This document shows positions 23,835 through 32,536 of a stretch of 47,986 bases of DNA, piece by piece (within the stretch, counting starts at the first letter, position 1; each line of letters opens with the position of its first letter). The notes below the pieces were generated by a model. That model did no database searches and was not told the DNA's origin. It worked only from the letters and a program-made list of their open reading frames with translations. The stretch is taken from assembly GCA_003555465.1 (NCBI GenBank), contig PWIB01000046.1, positions 1 through 47,986 on the forward strand, read 5' to 3'. This DNA comes from Candidatus Aenigmatarchaeota archaeon. Its GTDB lineage: Archaea; Aenigmatarchaeota; Aenigmatarchaeia; PWEA01. A program made the translations under genes and the position numbers.

Positions 23835-26442
23835 CTATCCTCTCCATGACCCTTTCGTGCATATTTTGAAGCCTCTTCTTCTTGTCCTCCAGCTTCATCA
23901 CGTCGCTCTGGTTCTGAAGAACGAGGTTGTGGGCAAAGGGCGAAGGTACGTCGGTCTCGATAACCCTGTATTCCTTTTGCCCCTCTTCCAGACCTTCTAC
24001 GATATCTTCAGCATGTTCTATATCCATATAGTCCTCAATTATCTCCCTGTAGGTTTCCTTTATTATAGGGAACTCCTTGTCAATCTTTTCAGCTGCAGAG
24101 AGAAGAAAGTGTGACTTCATCTGCTGTTTTCCAACGGAAAGTTTGTTACCCTTGTAGTTGCGCAGTATCATAAGAGCCCTTGAAGCGACATGGCGGAACC
24201 TCCTTTTCATAAGCTCGGTCTTCCTGACTGCCTTCTTCAGGGTCTCTCTCATATCACTCCCGAAGACCCCATTCATAAGTTGATCTACATCGACCTTCTC
24301 CTCGGGACAGATAAGAACGAAGCCGTGGTCGTCTACGACTATACCTACGTTTGAGCCAACTTCTTCGGAGAGGACTCTTGCGAAGACTCTGCAGAGGGCA
24401 TCGTTGACCTTTCTGCCGTAAATAGTGTGAAATACAAGGGAAAGCCTTTCACCGTCTCTGTTCTTCTCGATTACTATCTCATCGTCTGTAGGAATTTCAC
24501 CCACGTACCTGTACTGCTCCTCGAGGTAGGAGGTTATAGATGAAGATGTATTTTCATCAAGGTAGTAGTTATCCAGTAGCCAGTCCTTGACTTCATCAGC
24601 CCCCTTACCTTCCTCAAGCATGCCTTTTATCCTGGAGTTGAGTCTTCCTATCTTCTTACCCAAATCGTAGGAAAGTGGAAGCATCTCGGAGTACCATGAA
24701 GGTACGGTAGGGGACTTATCAGGTCTTTCATCGACATACACCTTCATTCCTCTCGCGTACTTGAACTCGTAGGTTTCGCCTCCATGGACGAAGACATCTC
24801 CCTTTGTAAGCCTGTCCAAGAACTCCTCGTCTAGCGTCCCGACCAGTCTCTCGTCACCTCTAGTAAAAACTCGGAAGGCCGACTCGTCAGGTATAGTTCC
24901 TATGTTTGTCATGTAGATAACCCTTGTCATCTTTCCCCTCCTACCGAATACACGTTCGCCGTCCTCGTCTTCGTCTATCCATATCTTCCCGTAGACGTTC
25001 TGATCCTCCAAGGAAGCGTGCTCCCCTGCGACGTACTTCATAGTCTTTTCATAGTCCTCCTCAGACAGTCCGTGGAAAGTATAGCTTTTACGGACCGTCT
25101 CAAGAGCTTCCTTGAACTTCCATTTCCTGTTACAGGCCATCCCAACTATATGCTGTGACAGGACATCCAAACAGTTCCTTGGTATTCTCACGCGGTCAAG
25201 CTCCTCTTCTTTCGCAGCCCTCATCATCTCCGTGCACTCCAAGGCGTCGTCCCTGTCCATGACAATAACACGACCTTTGGGGTTCTCGTGAAGCTTGTGG
25301 CCTGAGCGTCCTATGCGTTGTATAGCACGGGAAACGCCCTTGGGTGAAGACAGCTGCAAGACCAGATCTATGTTACCTATATCGATACCTAGCTCGAGGG
25401 ATGTAGAAGTTACAGCTGCCTTGAGATCGCCCCTCTTCAGACTTTCCTCGACCTCAAGTCTCTTTTCTCTGCTCATCGAGGAATGGTGGGCCCCGATGTT
25501 TTCACCGTAGCTGTCCGGGTGTTTTCTCTTCAGGTTTTTGACGACTCTTTCCGTAGCTGCTCTAGTATTAGTAAAGATAAGCGTGGTCTCGTGGTCCTGG
25601 ACAAGTTCGTGTATCCTCTCGTACATCCTTGCATTAGTCTCATCTGGAGGTGTATGGATAAGATCCTCCGTAGGGGAAAGAACCTGTAGATCCATATCCT
25701 GTGAAGCTGTGGTGTTAACAACGTTGCAGTTTCTCGGCTCTCCGTTTTCGTATCCCACGAGGAACTTACCTATCTCCTCAATTGGTGCCTGTGTAGCAGA
25801 AAGTCCTATCCTCGTAAGCTCGTTTTCGCACATTCTCTCCAGCCTTTCCAGCGAAAGGGAAAGATGTGAGCCTCTTTTGCCGCTAGCTATGCTGTGTATT
25901 TCATCGACTATAACGTACTCAAGGCTCTTCATTTTTTCCTTAAACTTGGGCGCGTTCAGAACTATTCCGAGTGTTTCAGGAGTCGTTATCAGTATGTGCG
26001 GCGGCTCCTTCAACATCTTCTGCCTTTCCTTGGAGGGTGTGTCACCGGTCCTTACGGCGCTCCTCACTTCAGGGACCTCGTAGCCGAGCTCTTCGGCCTT
26101 TTGCTTTATCTCCTTCCTTGGAACCTTCAGGTTCCTCTGTATATCGTTACCCAAAGCCCGGAGCGGTGAAACATAAAGAGCGTAGACCTTGTCCTCCAGT
26201 TCGTCCCTGTCGCCACGGAGAAACAGATCGTTGAGTATCGACAGAAAGGCGGAGAGCGTCTTACCGCTTCCCGTGGGAGCAGAGATCAAGGAGTTCTCGT
26301 TCCTGTGGATAAGGTCGAAGGAGTAGCGCTGTGGTGGTGTGAGTTCCTCGAACCTGTCGTTAAACCACTCCTTGACGTAAGGCTCAAACTGTTCAGGAAG
26401 CTCTTCCTCTGCGTGTTCGTTTTGAAGTATATCAACTGGCAT
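23821..26442 (-). CDS. lhr: Lhr-family DEAH-box helicase (Lhr-core size, 873 aa)
   Basis: Motif I APTGSGKT, motif II DEIH, motif VI QRIGRSGH, and a long C-terminal DEAD-associated region. A TATA box (TTTTAAATAT on the minus strand; CATATTTAAAAG as written on the plus strand) lies about 25 nt upstream. Confidence 0.9.
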   Translation of the reverse strand: MPVDILQNEHAEEELPEQFEPYVKEWFNDRFEELTPPQRYSFDLIHRNENSLISAPTGSGKTLSAFLSILNDLFLRGDRDELEDKVYALYVSPLRALGNDIQRNLKVPRKEIKQKAEELGYEVPEVRSAVRTGDTPSKERQKMLKEPPHILITTPETLGIVLNAPKFKEKMKSLEYVIVDEIHSIASGKRGSHLSLSLERLERMCENELTRIGLSATQAPIEEIGKFLVGYENGEPRNCNVVNTTASQDMDLQVLSPTEDLIHTPPDETNARMYERIHELVQDHETTLIFTNTRAATERVVKNLKRKHPDSYGENIGAHHSSMSREKRLEVEESLKRGDLKAAVTSTSLELGIDIGNIDLVLQLSSPKGVSRAIQRIGRSGHKLHENPKGRVIVMDRDDALECTEMMRAAKEEELDRVRIPRNCLDVLSQHIVGMACNRKWKFKEALETVRKSYTFHGLSEEDYEKTMKYVAGEHASLEDQNVYGKIWIDEDEDGERVFGRRGKMTRVIYMTNIGTIPDESAFRVFTRGDERLVGTLDEEFLDRLTKGDVFVHGGETYEFKYARGMKVYVDERPDKSPTVPSWYSEMLPLSYDLGKKIGRLNSRIKGMLEEGKGADEVKDWLLDNYYLDENTSSSITSYLEEQYRYVGEIPTDDEIVIEKNRDGERLSLVFHTIYGRKVNDALCRVFARVLSEEVGSNVGIVVDDHGFVLICPEEKVDVDQLMNGVFGSDMRETLKKAVRKTELMKRRFRHVASRALMILRNYKGNKLSVGKQQMKSHFLLSAAEKIDKEFPIIKETYREIIEDYMDIEHAEDIVEGLEEGQKEYRVIETDVPSPFAHNLVLQNQSDVMKLEDKKKRLQNMHERVMERIGDTD

Positions 26443-26565
26443 GGTTTCACCGGGTTCATATTTAAAAGTGTCGGAACAGTATTAAGAAGTGCCTTTAACT
26501 TGGAGCGATAGATTTAAAAGTTTCAAAGTTGCACAAAGTTCAGTCCGAAAAAATAAGGTGAAACT

Positions 26566-26859
26566 ATGAAAATACCTGAAAGACAGAGGAAATACTGCCC
26601 AAAATGTGACCAGCACACAGAGCACAAGGTAAGAAGAGAAAGTCAGGGACCGCGGCTGAACCCTTCAGCAAACTCAAAGGGCGAAAGGAAGAGTGGAAGA
26701 AGGCAGAAGGGTTACGGAAACAGTGGCAAGTCTTCAAAGCAGGTCAGTGGCGAGAAGCCTACGAGGAGGGTTGACCTCCGCTACGAGTGCCAGGAATGTG
26801 GCAAAGAACAGACCATTGGAAAGGGCTTCCGTGTAAAGAGACTTGAAATAGAAAGGTGA
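26566..26859 (+). CDS. rpl44e: ribosomal protein L44e (eL42)
   Basis: MKIPERQRKYCPKCDQHTEHKV...RYECQECGKEQT zinc ribbon. SD AAGGTGA lies 4 nt upstream. Confidence 0.9.
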   Translation: MKIPERQRKYCPKCDQHTEHKVRRESQGPRLNPSANSKGERKSGRRQKGYGNSGKSSKQVSGEKPTRRVDLRYECQECGKEQTIGKGFRVKRLEIER

Positions 26860-26863
26860 TCTT

Positions 26864-27046
26864 ATGAATAAAGAAGAACCGAAATCAAAGTTTCTGAAGA
26901 TATCCTGTTCGGAGTGTGAAAACGAGCAGATCATATTCAATAAGCCTACCAATACTGTACAATGTCTTGACTGCGAATCCACACTTTGTGATCCAACTGG
27001 TGGAATGGGAAAAATCCAGTCCAAGATAGAAGAGGTATTCAGGTGA
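26864..27046 (+). CDS. rps27e: ribosomal protein S27e
   Basis: FLKISCSECENEQIIFNKPTNTVQCLDCESTL zinc ribbon, 60 aa. Confidence 0.9.
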   Translation: MNKEEPKSKFLKISCSECENEQIIFNKPTNTVQCLDCESTLCDPTGGMGKIQSKIEEVFR

Positions 27047-27050
27047 TTAG

Positions 27051-27818
27051 GTGGTAAGAAGGCAGGCGGACTTCCCATCACAAGGGGAGCTAGTTATCGG
27101 TACAGTAAAGGAAATAAATCCTAATTCTGTTTTCGTGGAGCTTGAGGAATACGAAAAGGAAGGCATGATCCACATATCAGAAATTGCAAAGAAGTGGGTC
27201 CGTGATATAAGGGACTGGGTCTCGGTCGATGAAAAGATTGTCTGTAGAGTCAAGGAGGTAAGAGAGAAGAAGGACCAGATAGATCTCTCCCTCAAAGAGG
27301 TAAGTGACAGAGACAAGAACAGAAGGATGCAAACATGGAAAAGAGATGAAAGGGGTGAGGAATTTCTTGAGAGTCTCGCAGAGGACAACGATCTTTCACT
27401 TGATGAAGCCTACGATAAAATTGGCTACGAGCTTCAGGAAAACTTCAAGGATATGCTGGAGCCCTTTGAAATAGCTGTCAGGAAAGGTGAAGAAGAGCTT
27501 CAAAAGAGAGGGTTAGAAGAAGACTGGACAGGCGAAATAAAGCAAGTCGGCGAAGAGAACATAAGACGTAAGAAGAAGGAGCTTACGGAAAGATTCAATC
27601 TGAAAGTACCTGAGCCCAAAGGTGTGGAAATTATAAAGGAAGCTCTCAACAAGGTTATGGATTCCCAGGGTGTAGAGTTCAGGTATATCTCTGCCCCGGA
27701 GTACGAGATAAAGAAGGAGGCACGGGACCTCAAGGAGGCCGAGAAGTCCATTGAAAGGTCCATTGAAGAGTTAGAGGAGGAGCTACAGGGAAATGACTTT
27801 GAGCTCCAGAAGTTATAG
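27051..27818 (+). CDS. eif2a: translation initiation factor aIF2 alpha
   Basis: The S1 domain reads GELVIGTVKEINPNSVFVELEEYEKEGMIHISEIAKKWVRDIRD. GTG start follows the SD AGGTGA. Confidence 0.9.
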   Translation: MVRRQADFPSQGELVIGTVKEINPNSVFVELEEYEKEGMIHISEIAKKWVRDIRDWVSVDEKIVCRVKEVREKKDQIDLSLKEVSDRDKNRRMQTWKRDERGEEFLESLAEDNDLSLDEAYDKIGYELQENFKDMLEPFEIAVRKGEEELQKRGLEEDWTGEIKQVGEENIRRKKKELTERFNLKVPEPKGVEIIKEALNKVMDSQGVEFRYISAPEYEIKKEARDLKEAEKSIERSIEELEEELQGNDFELQKL

Positions 27819-27922
27819 TGGTTAATATACTGACTGAAATATTTCTAGGAAAACTTGTTTCCATAAATATGTTTTCTTCCACAAAAAAGCTTAAATAGAA
27901 AGGAGACTATTCCTTGTCTGAG

Positions 27923-27938
27923 TCCCCACATGTAGTGG
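27923..27938. promoter_or_regulatory. NrdR-box-like site 1
   Basis: TCCCCACATGTAGTGG contains the palindromic arms CCCAC/GTGGG. It shares the 9-mer ACATGTAGT with site 2 and matches the recalled NrdR consensus acaCwAtATaTwGtgt at about 10 of 16 positions. Confidence 0.5.
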
Positions 27939-27942
27939 GTTC

Positions 27943-27950
27943 TTTAAATT
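27943..27950 (+). promoter_or_regulatory. TATA box of the nrdR-nrdD-nrdG operon
   Basis: TTTAAATT lies between the two NrdR-box-like sites, about 55 nt upstream of the nrdR ATG. Confidence 0.5.
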
Positions 27951-27954
27951 GAAG

Positions 27955-27970
27955 CCACAACATGTAGTAG
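27955..27970. promoter_or_regulatory. NrdR-box-like site 2
   Basis: CCACAACATGTAGTAG is offset exactly 32 bp from site 1 and overlaps the expected transcription start. Confidence 0.5.
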
Positions 27971-28001
27971 TCACAGACCAATAGTAAAAGGGAATGATAA
28001 G

Positions 28002-28442
28002 ATGAAATGTCCAACATGCTCATCCGAAACCAGGGTTCTCGAATCCCGTGATATTTCTGACTCCACAGCCATAAGGAGAAGGAGAGAGTGTAAGGACTGT
28101 GAGCATAGATTTACAACATACGAGAGGCCGGAACTTTCAGTGAGAGTAGTGAAGAAGGACGGTACCAGAGAAGAGTTCGACCAGGACAAGCTCAAGAAGG
28201 GAATAATGAAGTCCTGTGAGAAGAGGCCTGTAAGCAATGAGGACGTAGAAGAATTGATAAGGAATGTCGTCAAGAAGATAAGGAGGAAGGGCATCAACGA
28301 AATCGATTCAACAGAGATAGGCAGCCTGGTTATGGAGGAGCTAAAGGATCTGGACAAGGTGGCTTACATACGTTTCGCTTCGGTTTACAAATCTTTCGAT
28401 CTCGAAAGCTTAGAAAAAGAAATAAAAACAATCAAAAGGTGA
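28002..28442 (+). CDS. nrdR: NrdR transcriptional repressor (Zn ribbon plus ATP-cone)
   Basis: MKCPTCSSETRVLESRD...RRRRECKDCEHRFTTYE is the canonical NrdR N-terminus. An ATP-cone follows. Confidence 0.9.
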   Translation: MKCPTCSSETRVLESRDISDSTAIRRRRECKDCEHRFTTYERPELSVRVVKKDGTREEFDQDKLKKGIMKSCEKRPVSNEDVEELIRNVVKKIRRKGINEIDSTEIGSLVMEELKDLDKVAYIRFASVYKSFDLESLEKEIKTIKR

Positions 28443-28447
28443 TTCCA

Positions 28448-30583
28448 ATGAGTTTTGAAGCTATCAAAAAACGTGACGGTACCATTGAAAAATTCGACAA
28501 AAGCAAGATAACAAATGCGATATGGGAGGCTGCGCAGGCAGTTGGTGGTACAAACAAGGATCTCTCCAAAAAGCTTTCAGATGAAGTAGTTGAAAGACTG
28601 GAAAAGGAGCTTGGTGAAAATGAAATTCCTACCGTCGAGCAGGTACAGGACAATGTAGAGAAAACTCTCGTAGAAAACGGCCACTACAAGACAGGTAAGG
28701 CATATATTCTATACAGAAGCCAGCATGAAGAGCTCAGGAAGTTCCATGAGCTTATGAGCAACGTTTCTCTAGTAGAAAACTACGTAAAGGAAAACGACTG
28801 GCGAGTAAAGGAAAATTCAAACATGAGCTATTCACTACAGGGCCTGAACGTCCATGTAACAGACAAGATAATCAGAAAGTACTGGTTGCAGAAGATCTAC
28901 CCGCCTGAAGTAAGGAAGAGGCACAACGAAGGTTTCTTCCATATCCATGATCTAGGAACATTAGGCCCTTACTGTGTAGGATGGGACATAAAGGACCTTT
29001 TAGTTAATGGTTTCAAAGGCGTCAGGGGAAAGATAGAGTCAAAACCTGCTAGCCATTTCGACGTAGCTCTACTGCAGCTGGTTAACTTCCTTTACACTTT
29101 ACAGGGTGAAGCTGCAGGTGCACAGGCAGTGTCGAACTTCGACACATACTTCGCTCCTTTCATACACTACGATGATCTCAGCTACGATGAAGTAAAGCAG
29201 GCTATGCAGAAGTTTCTGTACAATATGAACGTTCCTACAAGGGTAGGCTTCCAGACTCCTTTCACAAACCTTACGATGGATCTAGAAGTTCCTGAAATGA
29301 TGGAGGACGAGCCTGTCATAATAGGCGGGGAGCAGAAGGACAAGACATACGGTGAGTTCCAGGAAGAGATGGATATGCTGAACAGAGCCTTCGCCGAAGT
29401 CATGATGGAAGGAGACGCAAAAGGAAGGCCTTTTACCTTCCCGATACCGACCTACAACATAACAAACGACTTCGACTGGGACAATGAGGTCCTCGACCCG
29501 GTCTGGAAGATGACAGCAAAGTATGGAATACCTTACTTCTCAAACTTCGTTAACTCAGACATGAGCCCTGACGACGCCAGATCCATGTGCTGCAGACTGA
29601 GACTGGACAACAGAGAGCTGAAGAAGAGGGGAGGTGGACTGTTTGGATCAAATCCACTCACAGGATCAATTGGTGTAGTAACGATGAACCTCCCAAGGAT
29701 GGCTTACCTATCCGAGGACGAGGACGAGTTCTTCGAGATGTTGGGAGAGCACATGAAGCTAGGAAAGGACAGCCTTGTACTCAAGAGAGAAGTCCTTGAG
29801 AAGTTCACCGAAAAGGGACTTTATCCCTACTCCAAGTTCTACCTTAGAAACATAAAGGATTCACAGGGCTCCTACTGGGAAAACCACTTCTCTACAATAG
29901 GACTAATAGGGATGAACGAGGCAGCACTGAACCTCAAGGACGCTTCAATAAGCACAGAGGAAGGCCACGACTTCGCTGAAAGAGTCCTCGAGTTCATGAG
30001 GGAGAAGATAGCAGACTTCCAGGAGGAAACAGGTTCTATATTCAACCTGGAGGCGACCCCTGCAGAAGGTTCAAGCTACAGGTTAGCTAGAAACGACAAG
30101 AAGGAATTCCCTGATATGAAGGTCTACAACACCTCGGAACTTGGTGACTCCGAACCGATCTATACGAACTCCACGCAGCTCCCGTTCGGAGAAACAGAAG
30201 ACCTGTTCGAAGCGCTGGACCACCAGGAACCTCTTCAAACGAAGTACACCGGAGGTACGGTTTTCCACGCATGGCTAGGTGAGAAGATGCCTTCCATCGA
30301 GTCGACGAAGAAGCTAGTCAAAAAGATATCCGAAGACTACAGTCTTCCGTACTACACGCTAACACCGAGCTTCTCTGTCTGTCCAACACACGGCTACCTT
30401 TCCGGAGAAAAGGAGGTCTGCCCCAAATGTAAGAAGGAGGGAGAAAGGACCAAGTGTGAAGTGTACTCCAGGGTAGTCGGCTACCTTAGACCGAAGGAAC
30501 AGTGGAATCCAGGAAAGCAGGAGGAGTTCGAAGACAGATCAGACTACTCAAAGGAAGTAACTCCTGAGGCCGAGGTTTCCTGA
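28448..30583 (+). CDS. nrdD: anaerobic ribonucleoside-triphosphate reductase (class III)
   Basis: N-terminal ATP-cone (IKKRDGTIEKFDKSKI), active-site SMCCRL, C-terminal Zn site CPTHGY...CPKC, and glycyl-radical motif RVVGYL. The ATG at 28448 follows SD AGGTGAT, so the GTG at 28439 is less likely. Confidence 0.92.
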   Translation: MSFEAIKKRDGTIEKFDKSKITNAIWEAAQAVGGTNKDLSKKLSDEVVERLEKELGENEIPTVEQVQDNVEKTLVENGHYKTGKAYILYRSQHEELRKFHELMSNVSLVENYVKENDWRVKENSNMSYSLQGLNVHVTDKIIRKYWLQKIYPPEVRKRHNEGFFHIHDLGTLGPYCVGWDIKDLLVNGFKGVRGKIESKPASHFDVALLQLVNFLYTLQGEAAGAQAVSNFDTYFAPFIHYDDLSYDEVKQAMQKFLYNMNVPTRVGFQTPFTNLTMDLEVPEMMEDEPVIIGGEQKDKTYGEFQEEMDMLNRAFAEVMMEGDAKGRPFTFPIPTYNITNDFDWDNEVLDPVWKMTAKYGIPYFSNFVNSDMSPDDARSMCCRLRLDNRELKKRGGGLFGSNPLTGSIGVVTMNLPRMAYLSEDEDEFFEMLGEHMKLGKDSLVLKREVLEKFTEKGLYPYSKFYLRNIKDSQGSYWENHFSTIGLIGMNEAALNLKDASISTEEGHDFAERVLEFMREKIADFQEETGSIFNLEATPAEGSSYRLARNDKKEFPDMKVYNTSELGDSEPIYTNSTQLPFGETEDLFEALDHQEPLQTKYTGGTVFHAWLGEKMPSIESTKKLVKKISEDYSLPYYTLTPSFSVCPTHGYLSGEKEVCPKCKKEGERTKCEVYSRVVGYLRPKEQWNPGKQEEFEDRSDYSKEVTPEAEVS

Positions 30584-31269
30584 TGAAAATAGGCGGGCTA
30601 CAGAAGTTCACAGTCACGGACTATCCGGGCAAGATATCCTGTATAGTCTTCACCATAGGCTGTAACTTCCGCTGTCCCTTTTGTCAGAACAGCCAGCTCG
30701 TCACAGAAGAAGCAAGTCAAATGCCTTCCGAAAAGGTGTTTGAGTTCCTCGAGAAGAGGAAGGACCAGCTCGAAGGCGTTACAGTCACGGGAGGTGAGCC
30801 ACTGATACAGAACGGCTTCTTCGATTTTCTGGAGAAGGTCAAGGGACTGGGCTACGACATCAAGCTTGACACAAATGGAAGTGTACCAGGTGAGCTGAAG
30901 AGGGTAGTAAGGAAAGGGCTCGTGGACTACGTCGCCATGGACATAAAGGCACCTGTCCGGGAGTACGAAAAGGCCTGTGGCGTAAAGGTCAACAGAGACA
31001 AGATAGAAGAAAGCATTGATTATATCCTAGGCATGGATTCATACGAGTTCAGGACTACAGCTGTCCCTACTATCATCGATGAAAAGGCAATAGACCAGAT
31101 AGCGAAGAGGATAGAAGGTGCTGAGAAGTTCTACATACAACAGTTCGAAACGAAGAACACCCTGGACAAGGACTACAGCGACCTCGAAAGCTTTCCTGAA
31201 AAGAAGCTTAAGAAGTTCAAGGAGATAGCAGAAAGGTACGTACAGAGCTGTGAAGTGAGAAACGTGTGA
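30583..31269 (+). CDS. nrdG: anaerobic RNR activating radical-SAM enzyme
   Basis: CNFRCPFCQN cluster and GVTVTGGEPL. It overlaps the nrdD stop by 1 nt. Confidence 0.88.
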   Translation: MKIGGLQKFTVTDYPGKISCIVFTIGCNFRCPFCQNSQLVTEEASQMPSEKVFEFLEKRKDQLEGVTVTGGEPLIQNGFFDFLEKVKGLGYDIKLDTNGSVPGELKRVVRKGLVDYVAMDIKAPVREYEKACGVKVNRDKIEESIDYILGMDSYEFRTTAVPTIIDEKAIDQIAKRIEGAEKFYIQQFETKNTLDKDYSDLESFPEKKLKKFKEIAERYVQSCEVRNV

Positions 31270-31271
31270 AG

Positions 31272-31280
31272 ATTTAAATT
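31272..31280 (+). promoter_or_regulatory. TATA box for nop10 (leaderless geometry)
   Basis: ATTTAAATT is centred about 28 nt upstream of the ATG at 31305. Confidence 0.5.
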
Positions 31281-31304
31281 CTTTCGCACAGAAAGCTACC
31301 TGGT

Positions 31305-31463
31305 ATGAAGCTAAAGAAGTGCAGGAACTGTGGAATTTACACCTTAGGATCAAAATGCAAAAAGTGCGACGAAGACACCTCGGAGCCACGACCAGGCCCG
31401 TTTTCACCTGAAGATAAGCACGGAAAACACAGAAGGAAGGAAAAGCTTAAAAAGGAAGGATAA
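31305..31463 (+). CDS. nop10: H/ACA RNP protein Nop10 (52 aa), below the ORF-track cut-off
   Basis: Manual translation gives MKLKKCRNCGIYTLGSKCKKCDEDTSEPRPGPFSPEDKHGKHRRKEKLKKEG. The Zn ribbon plus the P-x-FSPEDK-x-G-x-x-RR signature is typical of Nop10. Confidence 0.85.
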   Translation: MKLKKCRNCGIYTLGSKCKKCDEDTSEPRPGPFSPEDKHGKHRRKEKLKKEG

Positions 31464-31482
31464 AGCTTTAATAGGGGATAAG

Positions 31483-32280
31483 ATGGAAACCGAACTGAAT
31501 ATAATTGAGGAACCGGATCTTGAAGATCCTGTATTAATAGAAGGACTGCCGGGGATAGGAAACGTAGGAAGGATAGCAGCAGAGTACATGATAAAACATC
31601 TCGATACAAAAAAGTTCGCTGAACTTTACTCTTCACATTTCATGCCTATAGTTCTAATAGACGACGACGAGGTATCGTTGCTCAAGTTCGAGTTCTATTA
31701 CTGGAATAACGACGATGGTAAGGATCTAATATTCCTTATAGGTGACTCGCAGGCAGGAAAAGAAGGTAGCAGTGGCCATTTCGATGTGGCCGAGAAGGTC
31801 CTAGACCTTGCGGAGAAGTTCAACGTAAGCAGAATAATAACTCTTGGTGGTTACAGCACAGGAGATATCGGTGAAGAGATGGAAGAAGGTCCCGAGGTCC
31901 TGGGAGCAGTAACCCATAGTGAGATGATAGACGAGTTCAAGGACTCCGGTATAAACTTTGAGGACACGGACTCAAACATAGGTATGATTGTAGGTGGAAC
32001 AGGACTCCTCCTGGGAATGGCAAAGAAGAGAGGGATGGAAGGACTTTGTCTTATGGGAGAGACCGCAGGTTTCCCAATACTCACAGATCCGAAGTCAGCT
32101 GAGGGCGTAGTTGAGATAGTTTCGGATATCCTAGATATCGGAATTCCTCTCGAAGATATGGAGGAAAAGGTAGAGGAGATGGAGGACTTCCTCAACAAAC
32201 TCGAAGGCCTACAAAAGAAAAGCATGAAACAGATGGAAGGTGGCGACGACGAGGAGGAGAAACTCAGGTACATAGGATGA
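31483..32280 (+). CDS. PAC2-family (proteasome assembly chaperone-like, COG1938) protein
   Basis: LIEGLPGIGNVGRIAAEYMI is the family N-terminal motif. The gene occupies the conserved position after nop10. Confidence 0.75.
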   Translation: METELNIIEEPDLEDPVLIEGLPGIGNVGRIAAEYMIKHLDTKKFAELYSSHFMPIVLIDDDEVSLLKFEFYYWNNDDGKDLIFLIGDSQAGKEGSSGHFDVAEKVLDLAEKFNVSRIITLGGYSTGDIGEEMEEGPEVLGAVTHSEMIDEFKDSGINFEDTDSNIGMIVGGTGLLLGMAKKRGMEGLCLMGETAGFPILTDPKSAEGVVEIVSDILDIGIPLEDMEEKVEEMEDFLNKLEGLQKKSMKQMEGGDDEEEKLRYIG

Positions 32281-32289
32281 GGTGAAAAT

Positions 32290-32493
32290 ATGGGATTTCT
32301 TGATTTTGAAGGTATGACCCGGTTTGAGAAGGCCAGGATAATTTCCACAAGGTCTCTGCAGATAGCCATGGGTGCACCGCCTCTCATAGACGAAGAAGCC
32401 GGAATGGACCCCATAGGGACAGCGAGAAAGGAGTTTGAAGAGGGCGTAGTTCCACTGACAGTGAAACACAAAGAGCCTCCGAAGATGGAGTGA
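32290..32493 (+). CDS. rpoK: RNA polymerase subunit K (Rpo6)
   Basis: TRFEKARIISTRSLQIAMGAPPLI is the conserved Rpb6/RpoK core. Confidence 0.85.
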   Translation: MGFLDFEGMTRFEKARIISTRSLQIAMGAPPLIDEEAGMDPIGTARKEFEEGVVPLTVKHKEPPKME

Positions 32494-32536
32494 CGACGGT
32501 AAGATATTTAAATTTATCAACAATAAGTTGGGTATC

